NCBI GenBank assembly: GCA_963700145.1
Contig: OY969474.1
Coordinates: 4,224,001 to 4,288,000, forward strand
DNA from: an uncultured Acidobacteriota bacterium
GTDB taxonomy: Bacteria; Acidobacteriota; Thermoanaerobaculia; Multivoradales; UBA5704
Reading direction: 5' to 3'
DNA length: 64,000 bases
Shown: positions 10,501-18,284 of the stretch, one piece after another
Layout of the letters: each line of letters starts with the position of its first letter
Numbering within the stretch: position 1 is the stretch's first letter
The notes under the pieces: generated by a model
Databases searched by the model: none
Told to the model about the DNA's origin: nothing
What the model saw: only the letters and a program-made list of their open reading frames with translations
Position numbers and translations under genes: made by a program

Positions 10501-10594
10501 TGCCGGTCGTCTGCTGCGCGAACGCCGGAACGGCGGCCAGCAGCAGGAACGCGGTAACGGTCAGAGCGCGCCGCCAAAAGTTGGTGGTGCTCAT
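7586..10594 (-). CDS. TonB-dependent receptor, Oar-like, with N-terminal carboxypeptidase-regulatory domain
   Basis: GGAGG RBS before ATG 10594; plug motif IPTARDPW...SVDGVIITD; C-terminal PRIFRIGARISFR barrel end. Confidence 0.92.
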   Translation of the reverse strand: MSTTNFWRRALTVTAFLLLAAVPAFAQQTTGNVFGTVEDEQGAALPGVTVTLTGGGAPQVFVTDAQGGFRFLGLSAGSYQLSTALEGFGTVEYPNITVSVGRNTNIEVTMSSAVEDVITVTAESPILDERKITTGTTVSEVELEKIPTARDPWVILQQAPGVLVDRVNVGGNESGQQSQFISPGTNNNNSAWSVDGVIITDMGAVGSSPTYYNFDSFEEMQVSTGGTDVTLATGGVTMNMVTKRGTNEWRGSGRYLLTDDTIDQADLDFDTADLGRAGPWNNNRTQPVFQQGNQIIDVKDFGAELGGPIIKDRLWVWGSWGTQEVDLLTLAGVRDPSRATQPGFHDFTELPAYAVKLNAQIASNNSGIAFYHFGDKVKSGRNAGPTREPATTWNQAGGTPIYKLEDTHIFNSSFYLSGMASFVDGGFGLTPIGGTEGDNTVWDNSAVWKHSFLDYLTERPQEQAKIDGDYFFNAGSSNHNLKFGVGLRNAVVTSFSAWGGRDRLVGTKPFGGTGFARTDRNVENEMDYTNLYLQDTMTLGNLTANFGLRYDLQEGKINSTVVPDHRTFPNLIPGGVVPAVDMPYDWSSITPRIGLTYALGEERQTLLRASYARFADQLHSAIVEQLSAGTYRYAYFYWNDNGDDLLTLNEVGDFYGYAGFDPAHPEIFEAVSSVDSSLDPPMTDELVLGVEHALMPEFVIGLNATYRIYSDILQGAEAQPSRPLVFDGAPTGSLGRPSNRDDFVLFDHVTGTLPDGTPFRVPLYRLRPGLTTFAGSHLFNGDREQNYLGLSFTFNKRLSNNWLLRGHVTQSEWEWDVPSSAIISPHINPNGSFEDGSTVLSGSGTGSGSKGGIWISPGWSFDVSGLYQIAPQAPWGFNVAANINGREGYAIPYVVNVAGGTFGDGVGPRTIRVSPETDSFRNDDIIIVNGRIEKEFNFGEFGLTLGLDGFNLMNESTVLQRQISLRGVTETGGRVANSNAGDHVTEIINPRIFRIGARISFR

Positions 10595-10951
10595 CCAGAA
10601 ACCTCCGTAGTCATTGATAGATGGGTGCAAAGCAGCCCCCGCGCGGGGGCCGAGGACGAGTGAGTGGACTGTGTCGTGCTTGCCGCGCAACACCCCCTTT
10701 CCGAATCTGCTCGTGGAACGGCGGGAATTCTACTCATCACTAGCAGGCCGGTCAAGCAAGTGGGGTGCCACTCCGAACGCCTGTTTCCGGTAAGGGGCAA
10801 ACACCGCGGAATGAGCGAGTTGCGAGGACCGGTGAAGCACCCGAAAAGGCCCGCTCCAGGGGCTTGGACGCGGCCGATCCAAGTCCTTGGACGGCTACCG
10901 CGGCGGCCGCGTTTCGTCGTACATTCGGCGCCTTCTCCGAGGCCCTCGCCG

Positions 10952-12079
10952 ATGACGCTCCGCACCGCCGCCCGCCCCCTCCTCGCGCCGCTCCTCGTCC
11001 TCGCCGCCTACGCCTGCTCGCAGTACAAGCCGTTCGACTCCGCCGCCCACCTGCGCGGCAAGTACGGCGAGCAGCTCGGCCGCGAGGAAGCGGCCCGGGT
11101 CATCGTCCCCTTCGAGCTCGACGCCGACCGGCTGGCGGCGATCGACGAGCGCGTCCGTCCGGCGCTCGACGAGCGGCGGCGGGTCGATCAGGTGATCGAC
11201 TACATCTTCAACCGGCTCGACCTCGAGTACTCGCTGCAGCCGACGCGCACCGCGATCGAGACCTTCGTCACCCGCGAGGGCAACTGCCTCTCGTTCGTCA
11301 ACCTCTTCGTCGGCGTGGCGCGCCACCTGCGCTTGAACCCCTTCTACGTCGAGGTCATCGACTACCAGCGCTGGAACCACCGCGAAGGGCTGCTCGTCTC
11401 CCAGGGCCACATCGTCGCCGGGATGATGGTCAAGGGCCAGATGAAGACCTTCGACTTCCTCCCCTACCGCGCCAAGGCCTACAAGGACTTCAAGCCGATC
11501 GACGACCTGACCGCGGCGGCGCACTACTACAACAACCTCGGCGCCGAGGCGCTGCTCGACGGCGACCTCGAGCGCGCCAAGGGCCTGCTCACGACCGCCA
11601 CCCGCATCGCCCCGCGCTTCGAGCGCGGCTTCAACAACCTCGGCGTCTGCCTGGCGCGGCTGCGCGACTACGACGGGGCGCTGGAGGCCTACCGCAAGGG
11701 GCTGGCGATCGACCCCGAGTACGTGCCCCTCCTCACCAACCTCGCCGGCGCCTACCAGCGGCTGGCGCGCAGCGAGGAGGCGAGCGCGATCCTGGCCAAG
11801 ATCGACACCGCCCAGAACACCAACCCCTACTTCTTCGTCTACCGCGGCGAGCTCGCCCTGGCCGCCGGCGACACCGCCAAGGCCAAGCAGTACCTGGTCG
11901 AGGCGCTACGCCGCGACACCGAGGTCCCCGAGGTGCACATCGGCCTGGTCAAGCTCTACATGGAGCTCGGCGACCTCGAGCGGGCGCGCCACCATCTCGG
12001 CCGCGCCTTGAACCTCGACGCCACCAACCCCGAGGCCCGCAAGTACGCCCGGCTGCTCGAGCAGGCGGAGGCCCGGTAG
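10952..12079 (+). CDS. Lipoprotein with transglutaminase-like domain and TPRs
   Basis: Lipobox-like LAAYAC; REGNCLSFVNLFVGVARHL transglutaminase-like Cys motif; YYNNLGAEALL TPR start. Start codon estimated. Confidence 0.75.
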   Translation: MTLRTAARPLLAPLLVLAAYACSQYKPFDSAAHLRGKYGEQLGREEAARVIVPFELDADRLAAIDERVRPALDERRRVDQVIDYIFNRLDLEYSLQPTRTAIETFVTREGNCLSFVNLFVGVARHLRLNPFYVEVIDYQRWNHREGLLVSQGHIVAGMMVKGQMKTFDFLPYRAKAYKDFKPIDDLTAAAHYYNNLGAEALLDGDLERAKGLLTTATRIAPRFERGFNNLGVCLARLRDYDGALEAYRKGLAIDPEYVPLLTNLAGAYQRLARSEEASAILAKIDTAQNTNPYFFVYRGELALAAGDTAKAKQYLVEALRRDTEVPEVHIGLVKLYMELGDLERARHHLGRALNLDATNPEARKYARLLEQAEAR

Positions 12080-12085
12080 GGAGCG

Positions 12086-13417
12086 GTGCTCCTCGCCGCC
12101 GCCGCCCTCGCCGCCCTCCCGCTCCTCGAGCAGCTCCTTTCCCCGGCCTCCGCCGAGCGGCGCGCCGCCGCCGAGGGGCTGATCGCCGCCGGCGACCGCG
12201 CCGTCCTGCCGGCCGTCGTCGACGCCCTCTTCTTCCTGCCGCGCGCCGAGCGGGCCGAGGCCTACCGCGTCCTCGAGACCCTCGCCGGCGAGCGGCGCGA
12301 GCGCAGCTACTACGCCTGGGTCGAGCACGTCGCCGAGCACCCCGAGCTGCCGCCGCTGCCCGGCTACGCCGGGTTCAAGGCCGGGCTCCTGGCCCGCATC
12401 GACAAGCGCTACCGGCAGGTCCTCTTCGACGGCGTCCCGGCCCGCATCCGGCTCGCGGAGGTGGTCTGGGGCGGGGTGCCGCCCGAGGGGATCCCGGCGC
12501 TCGACCGGCCGCCGCACGCGCCGGCGGCCGCGGCCCGCCTGCGCGACGCCGATGCGGTGCTCGGGGTGGCGGCCGGCGGCGCCTACCGCGCCTATCCGCT
12601 CGCCGTCCTCTCCTGGCACGAGATGGTCAACGACGAGGTCGGCGGCGAGCCGGTCACGCTCTCCTTCTGCACCCTCTGCGGCTCGGCGGTCCTCTACGCC
12701 GGGCGCACGGCCGCCGGGACCCTCACCTTCGGCACCTCCGGCCTCCTCTACCGCAGCAACAAGCTGATGGTCGACCGCCAGACGCTGTCGCTGTGGAGCA
12801 ACCTGACCGGCGAGGCGGTCGTCGGGCGGCTGGCGGGGGAGGGGCTGCGCCTGGCCGTCCTACCGGTCGTCCGCACCACCTGGGGAGAGTGGCGGGCCCG
12901 CCACCCGGAGACCACGGCGATGGTCCCCGACCGCGAGCTCGAGCGCCGCTTCGGCTTCGACTACCGCGCCGGCGCCGCCGACCGCGCCCGCGCCGGCGTC
13001 CGCTTCCCGGTCTGGCCGCGCAGCGACGCCCTGCCGGAGAAGGAGGAGATCTACGCCGTGCGGCTCCCGGGCAGGGCGGCCAAGGCCTACCCCTTGACGG
13101 CGCTGCTGGCGGCCGGCGTCGTCAACGACGCCGTCGACGGCGAGCCGGTGGTGCTGGTGGCGGAAGCCCCGAGCGGCGCCGTGCGCGCCTTCCGTAGAGG
13201 CGGCCACCGCTTCGCGGCCGGCCCCGAGGCCGGGACCCTGAGCGACGAGGCGGGCCGCCGATGGCAGGTCACGGAGGAAACCCTCGTCCCAGCAGCGGGG
13301 GGCGACCCCGCCGAGCTTCCTCTCCAGCGCCTCCCCGGCCACCTCTCGTTCTGGCTTGGCTGGTACGCCTTCTTCCCCGAGGGCGAGGTCTGGCAACGGT
13401 CGCCGGCCAAGCCGTGA
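12086..13417 (+). CDS. DUF3179 domain protein
   Basis: WGGVPPEGIPALD, WHEMVND, FCTLCGS, FGTSGLLYRSNKLMVDRQTLSLW, FWLGWYAFFP motifs. Confidence 0.85.
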   Translation: MLLAAAALAALPLLEQLLSPASAERRAAAEGLIAAGDRAVLPAVVDALFFLPRAERAEAYRVLETLAGERRERSYYAWVEHVAEHPELPPLPGYAGFKAGLLARIDKRYRQVLFDGVPARIRLAEVVWGGVPPEGIPALDRPPHAPAAAARLRDADAVLGVAAGGAYRAYPLAVLSWHEMVNDEVGGEPVTLSFCTLCGSAVLYAGRTAAGTLTFGTSGLLYRSNKLMVDRQTLSLWSNLTGEAVVGRLAGEGLRLAVLPVVRTTWGEWRARHPETTAMVPDRELERRFGFDYRAGAADRARAGVRFPVWPRSDALPEKEEIYAVRLPGRAAKAYPLTALLAAGVVNDAVDGEPVVLVAEAPSGAVRAFRRGGHRFAAGPEAGTLSDEAGRRWQVTEETLVPAAGGDPAELPLQRLPGHLSFWLGWYAFFPEGEVWQRSPAKP

Positions 13418-13425
13418 AGGTCGCC

Positions 13426-13656
13426 GAGATTCATCTTCCGGGGCCCGAGATTTATCCCGGAGACCCGGAGATTTATCCCGGGGACCCCGAGATCTATCTC
13501 GGAGATCCCGAGATCTATCCCGGAGCCCTGGAGATCTATCCCAGAGCTCCCGAGATCTATCTCGGAGCTCCCGAAATGAATCTTCCATAGCCCGAGATCT
13601 ATCTCCGGACCTCCGAGATCTATCCCAGGGTCCTCGGGATCTATCTCCGGAGCCCC
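13426..13656. repeat. Degenerate 21-bp tandem repeat, 11 units, consensus near GAGATCTATCCCGGAGxYCCC
   Basis: Consecutive 21-nt units read directly (gagatttatcccggagacccg, gagatctatctcggagatccc ...), no spacers. Confidence 0.9.
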
Positions 13657-13683
13657 GGAAACCCTCCGCCGAAGGAGACGATC

Positions 13684-13782
13684 ATGCCCAGGAACCCCAA
13701 CTTGCTCGCCGATAAGCTCAAGGCTTGGAACACTTTAGTCGAGGGGGCGGCAAGCCCTACTACCTTAAGGGCAGCACCCTGA
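13684..13782 (+). pseudogene. Truncated small protein (MPRNPNLLADKLKAWNTLVEG...), resembling the N-terminus of the 48044 ORF
   Basis: AAGGAG RBS, ATG 13684; N-x-x-A-D/E-x4-W pattern shared with 48044; stops after 32 codons near the start of lower-GC DNA. Confidence 0.45.
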
Positions 13783-13875
13783 TCGGCGTCCTCTGGCAGC
13801 AAAACGCCGCTCCTCACTTCATCGTCGGCGAGAACCGCATCGCCCAGGGCGGTGGTCTTGGGTGCGGTGCTCTTC

Positions 13876-14609
13876 CTATTCGGCCCAATTATTGTTAGCG
13901 CAGACACGCCAGTTGTCGCGTTTAGGGTTGTGGGATGCGCAGAACCTTGTGGTCCTGCTCTTGCCGAATCCGTCTTCGTAGAACACCGTACCAATGCAAT
14001 ACAGGAAGCGCTTCTCGCCGGTAATTGCCGTGATCTCCTCCTCTGTGAGAGCGCGAATATACGAATTCATCTCTATGTAACCTCCCGGCAGCATGACGCT
14101 CCTAGACTTAAACGGCAGAGAGCGATTTACGGGGAGGTCGTCGGGTGGCAGCTCGAATCTGAGTTGACAGGCCAACTCATGGCGCACGTCAAGAGCCGGT
14201 ACAGAGCCCGAGTTTTTGATTTTGCTTCGACAGGCCGTTCGGGGTCGTCAGGCTTGAGAGGGTAATCGACAAATCCGTCCAGCCCAACGCGCGCCCGCTG
14301 TGTGAATTCAAGCGCCCGCTTCGACTCGGCTAGGCTCTCGCGCGTCAGTCTTTGCTCGGTCGCGGCGTCCGACTTGCTCTGAGCAAGGCTGCGGTCGAAT
14401 TGCCGCTCATTTTCGGCGGCTTCGCTAGCGGCATCGGCGCGCGACAAGTTGAATTGGCGCCTACTTTCGTCGAGAACGTTACTGGTAAGCGTGTTCGTCC
14501 TCTTCATTTCGCGCAGGATTGCGGCATTAGCCTCGACGGTATTCACGTTGCTCTCCCGCGTCAGTTCGTTACTCTTGCTCGTGTAGTAAGTCTGAACAGC
14601 CAGAAGCAA
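13876..14609 (-). pseudogene. Lower-GC hypothetical protein, frameshifted and likely 5'-truncated
   Basis: Two overlapping ORFs (14127-14609 coiled-coil-like; 13876-14187 ending LYCIGTVFYEDGFGKSRTTRFC) that read as one protein. Confidence 0.5.
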
Positions 14610-14683
14610 CAGACATCGCTACGTAAGGCAATAATATATAGTTGGCTCACCAAGCTATTGCGGTGCGGGCGGTTGGGGCTCCG

Positions 14684-15100
14684 TCATGCCAAGAGCTGGC
14701 GCTCTTCGAGCAGGCGGTAGTAGTCGCTCATGGAGAGAATCCGTAGCCCCTCGTAACCGGAGAGCGCCAGGAGGTCGGTGTCGTTGGTGACCAGGTAATC
14801 TGCGCCTGCCGCCAGAGCCGCTTGAAGAATGGGGCTGTCGTTCGGATCGGCCGGCACCTGGTGGCGGGAGGGCGCGGGCTCTACGAGAGTCGCACGGCGC
14901 CTGGCACGGCTGCGTGTGAGGAGGGCGAAGCGGTGTGAAAAACCGAGGCGCTCCACCATGACGCGCTCGATCTCGGCGAGTACATGGGGGCTGGTGAAGA
15001 TGCGCCAGGAGGCCCGTTGAGTCGCTTCGAGCATGCGTTCGGCGGCGTCACCGAGAAGAGCCTCCGCCACGTAGACGTTGGTGTCGAAGAAGACCTTCAT
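14684..15100 (-). CDS. PIN-domain toxin (PIN_3-like)
   Basis: VFFDTNVYV...DPNDSPILQAALAAGADYLVTNDTDLL. Confidence 0.88.
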   Translation of the reverse strand: MKVFFDTNVYVAEALLGDAAERMLEATQRASWRIFTSPHVLAEIERVMVERLGFSHRFALLTRSRARRRATLVEPAPSRHQVPADPNDSPILQAALAAGADYLVTNDTDLLALSGYEGLRILSMSDYYRLLEERQLLA

Positions 15101-15303
15101 TCACCATGGCGTACGGTGTGGACGGCACGATCGATGGCGCCTTGGTCGATTCCCCGGCTCTGAGCCACCCTCCGCGCACTGGCGGCTTCCTCGCGCCACT
15201 CCTGGTCCTCTCGCTGGGCGAGCAGCTCGTCGAACAGGAGGCGATCTTCCTCGGGAAGTTGGCTGATCCGATCGAGGATCTCGTCGACGGTTGCGCGACT
15301 CAT
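15097..15303 (-). CDS. Small antitoxin partner of the PIN toxin
   Basis: 68 aa, GGAGG RBS, stop overlaps the toxin ATG. Confidence 0.7.
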   Translation of the reverse strand: MSRATVDEILDRISQLPEEDRLLFDELLAQREDQEWREEAASARRVAQSRGIDQGAIDRAVHTVRHGE

Positions 15304-15339
15304 GAGTCCTCCAGGCAAAATTCTACCAGCAGAAGGTGG

Positions 15340-15570
15340 AGGAGAGGACGTGCGTGTCGGGAACCAGCGCGATCAGTTGTCCTCGTAGAGGTTTTCGCGG
15401 CGGAGCGCATCGAGCGGTGGGCTCGGTGCCGCGGTAGCCGGCGGAGCGTGCCGTCGAGCCAGTTGTTCAAATCGGCCGCCGAAGTCGCGCCGCGTGGTCC
15501 CCTCTGCGGCGGCTCGGCAATCACGATGACCTCGGCCTCGCCCGCTGGAAAGTCAGAAGGCAACGTCATA
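15340..15570 (-). pseudogene. Probable antitoxin remnant (LPSDFPAGEAEVIVIAEP)
   Basis: Motif resembles small antitoxin N-termini; no clean start or partner toxin. Confidence 0.3.
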
Positions 15571-15662
15571 GCCCCCGCGCCCGCGGGCCATGCGCCGGCC
15601 AAGCCGGCCCACATGCTAACCTAGCCGCAGAAATCGCGCAGTCAAAGGCGGGCGAGGAGCGG

Positions 15663-16025
15663 GTGGTGCGGAGTCTGGGGCCATGCTTCTGCTTGAGCCT
15701 CCCCGGGGAATCCCTCGAGGAGGAGGCGAGGATCGCGAGCTTGCTCCTGTCCTTCGTGCGTTCTCCGGAGGGAGCTGACGGCATGGTCATGCTCGCCTCG
15801 CGGGGTCCCCTCACGCCGCGGCGGCTCTACATCTTCCCCGGGTCGCAGTCCCTCGTGCGGCAGGTCGTCGACGGCCTCCTCCGCAAGTACGGAGGCTCCC
15901 CCTGCGAGCCCCCGGCCGCCGACGAGACGATGTTCCTCGTCGGGTCGACGGCGGTCTGGAAGCAGCTCCCTCGCGCCAAAGGATCGAAGGAGAGGAACGG
16001 TCCAAGCGGAGAGACCAGGAACTAG
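15663..16025 (+). CDS. Hypothetical protein
   Basis: 120-aa ORF with host-like codon usage. Confidence 0.5.
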   Translation: MVRSLGPCFCLSLPGESLEEEARIASLLLSFVRSPEGADGMVMLASRGPLTPRRLYIFPGSQSLVRQVVDGLLRKYGGSPCEPPAADETMFLVGSTAVWKQLPRAKGSKERNGPSGETRN

Positions 16026-16078
16026 CCCGGCGACTTGGTGTACCATCCCCTCTGGACCCGCTCCTCAGGAGTCTCCAC

Positions 16079-18241
16079 ATGAAGTCCCTTCCTCGCTGCA
16101 TCCGGCGCTCCTTCCCCCTGTTCGCCGCTCTCGCCGCGCTGGCCGCCGCCGGAGCTCTCCTCGCCCAGGAGTTCCAGGACCGTCAGGAGGTCGTGGTCGT
16201 CGAGGTGCCGGTCAACGTCACCGACCGCGACGGCGAGCCGGTGCGCGGGCTGACGGTCGACGACTTCGAGGTCTACGACGAGGGGAAGCTCCAGAAGCTC
16301 ACCGGCGCCGAGATCGTGGACCTCCAGGTGCTGACCGGGGAGAAGAGCGCGCAGGTCGTGCAGCAGCTCCCCTCGACGCAGCGCCGCCACTTCCTCCTGC
16401 TCTTCGACCTCTCCTTCTCGACCCCCTCGGCCATCCTGCGCGCCCGCCTGGCGGCGCGGGACTTCGTGCTCCAGTCGCTGCATCCGGCCGACCTCGCGGC
16501 GGTGGCCACCTTCGCGCTCGAGGACGGGCCGCGGCTGATCGTCACCTTCACGCCCGACCGCGCCCAGCTCGCGCGCGCTATCGACACCCTCGGGGTGCGC
16601 GGCAAGGACGCCCTCGCCGGCCTGCACCTCGACCCACTCCGCTTCCTGATCACCTCCCCCGAGCTCCAGACCAGCGTCGAGGGGCGCGAGTCGGAGAACC
16701 GGGTGGACGTCCGGCTCAACGCCGAAGGCGAGATGCTCGAGCACCTCCAGATCATCATGCAGCAGATGGACCGCAACCAGCGGCAGTTCGACCGCAGCCG
16801 CATCACCGCCTACGCCCGCGCGCTCGGCGACGTCGCGCGCTCGCTCGACAGCGTCCGCGGGCGCAAGCACGTGGTGCTCTTCTCCGAAGGCTTCGACAGC
16901 CGCCTGCTGATCGGCCGCCAGCCCGAGAGCCAGGACGAGGAGCAGCAGCGCGACATCATCAACGCCCAGCGCGGCGCCCTGCACCTGGTCGACTCCGACC
17001 AGATGTACGGCAACGTCGGCCTGCTCAACGACCTCGAGAAGATGGTCGAGCAGTTCCGCCGCGCCGACTGCGTCATCCAGGCGGTGGACATCGGCGGCCT
17101 GCGCGCCGGCGGCGAGCAGCGCCCGCTGGCCGCCAACTCCGGCCAGGACTCGCTCTTCCTGATGGCCGAGCCGACCGGCGGCCAGCTGTTCAAGGACGCC
17201 AACGATCTCGGCCGCCAGCTCGACCGCGTGCTGCAGCGGTCGGCCGTGACCTACGTGCTGACCTTCCAGCCGACCGAGCTCAAGCTCGACGGCGCCTACC
17301 GCAAGCTCCGGGTCAAGCTCAAGAACGAGACGCGCGGCCTGCACCTCGCGCACCGCGCCGGCTACTACCGGCCGCGGCCGTTCCAGGACCTCGACCCGCT
17401 GGAGAAGCAGCTCCTCGCCTCCGACGCGATCGCCAGCGCGTCGCCGGCCGACCAGCTGGCCATCGAAGTGCTGGCCGCCCCGTTCCGCGCCTCGAAGGGC
17501 TCCTCGTACGTGCCGGTGATCGTCGAGATCGACGGCCCGAGCCTGCTTGCCGGGCACGAGGGCGAGAAGCTGGCGGTCGAGATCTACGCCTACGTCACCG
17601 ACGCCAAGGGGGAGATGCGCGACTTCTTCACCCAGATGGTGGGGCTCGACGTCGGCAAGAACCGGCAGGCGCTGATCCGCACCGGCCTCAAGTACTACGG
17701 CCACCTCGAGCTCGCGCCCGGCGACTACCGCATCCGCGTCCTGGTGCGCAACGGCGGCAGCGGCCGCACGGCGGTGGAGTCGATCCCGCTCTCCATCCCG
17801 CCCTACGAGAGCTCCCAGGCCATCGTCCTGCCGCCGTTCTTCGTCGAGCAGCCGGGGCGCTGGATCCTGGTGCGCGAGCAGTCGCGCGAGCAGACCGTCG
17901 TCTACCCCTTCACCGTCAATGGCGAGCCCTACATCCCGGCGGTCAAGCCCGAGCTGCGCGGCGAGGACGCCAGCCGCTTCTGCCTGGTGGCCTACAACCT
18001 GCCGGCCGGCGAGCTGGAGCTCGAGGGGCGGGTGCTCACCGCCGACGGCCGCGAGGTCCCCGGCGCGCGGCTGCAGCTCGTCGAGCGCACGGTGACCGGC
18101 ATCTCGCGCCTCGACAAGCTCCTCGCCACGTTCAGGCCCGGCGGCCTCGAGGCCGGCGACTACCACCTGCAGGTGGGCGTCCGCCAGCCCGGCAACGGGC
18201 CCCTGAGCAGCAGCACGATTCCATTCAGCGTGGTCAATTGA
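16079..18241 (+). CDS. Secreted acidobacterial VWA-domain protein, paralogue 1
   Basis: Signal peptide, VVVVEVPVNVTDRDGEPVRGLTVDDFEV, FDLSFS (DxSxS), GRKHVVLFSEGF, TGG, YVLTFQP, HRAGYY. Confidence 0.9.
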   Translation: MKSLPRCIRRSFPLFAALAALAAAGALLAQEFQDRQEVVVVEVPVNVTDRDGEPVRGLTVDDFEVYDEGKLQKLTGAEIVDLQVLTGEKSAQVVQQLPSTQRRHFLLLFDLSFSTPSAILRARLAARDFVLQSLHPADLAAVATFALEDGPRLIVTFTPDRAQLARAIDTLGVRGKDALAGLHLDPLRFLITSPELQTSVEGRESENRVDVRLNAEGEMLEHLQIIMQQMDRNQRQFDRSRITAYARALGDVARSLDSVRGRKHVVLFSEGFDSRLLIGRQPESQDEEQQRDIINAQRGALHLVDSDQMYGNVGLLNDLEKMVEQFRRADCVIQAVDIGGLRAGGEQRPLAANSGQDSLFLMAEPTGGQLFKDANDLGRQLDRVLQRSAVTYVLTFQPTELKLDGAYRKLRVKLKNETRGLHLAHRAGYYRPRPFQDLDPLEKQLLASDAIASASPADQLAIEVLAAPFRASKGSSYVPVIVEIDGPSLLAGHEGEKLAVEIYAYVTDAKGEMRDFFTQMVGLDVGKNRQALIRTGLKYYGHLELAPGDYRIRVLVRNGGSGRTAVESIPLSIPPYESSQAIVLPPFFVEQPGRWILVREQSREQTVVYPFTVNGEPYIPAVKPELRGEDASRFCLVAYNLPAGELELEGRVLTADGREVPGARLQLVERTVTGISRLDKLLATFRPGGLEAGDYHLQVGVRQPGNGPLSSSTIPFSVVN

Positions 18242-18243
18242 AC

Positions 18244-18273
18244 AGAACGCCCGGCACGTAGGCCGGGCGCTAC
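18244..18273 (-). repeat. GTAG-type REP-like palindrome
   Basis: Minus strand GTAGCGCCCGGCCTACGTGCCGGGCGTTCT, identical to the plus-strand sequence at 20595-20624. Confidence 0.7.
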
Positions 18274-18284
18274 AGGAGATTCTC

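Noticed and set aside
12086-13417. Selenoprotein form of DUF3179
   Set aside because: The motif is CTLC with Cys codons and there is no in-frame TGA.
13426-13656. CRISPR array (also considered for 47740-47928)
   Set aside because: Units are contiguous degenerate 21-mers with no unique spacers, and there are no cas genes.
14626-14646. GGCAATAATATATAGTTGGC as an IS1595-like end
   Set aside because: It resembles the 38451 end, but has no partner repeat or transposase and faces away from the AT-rich patch.
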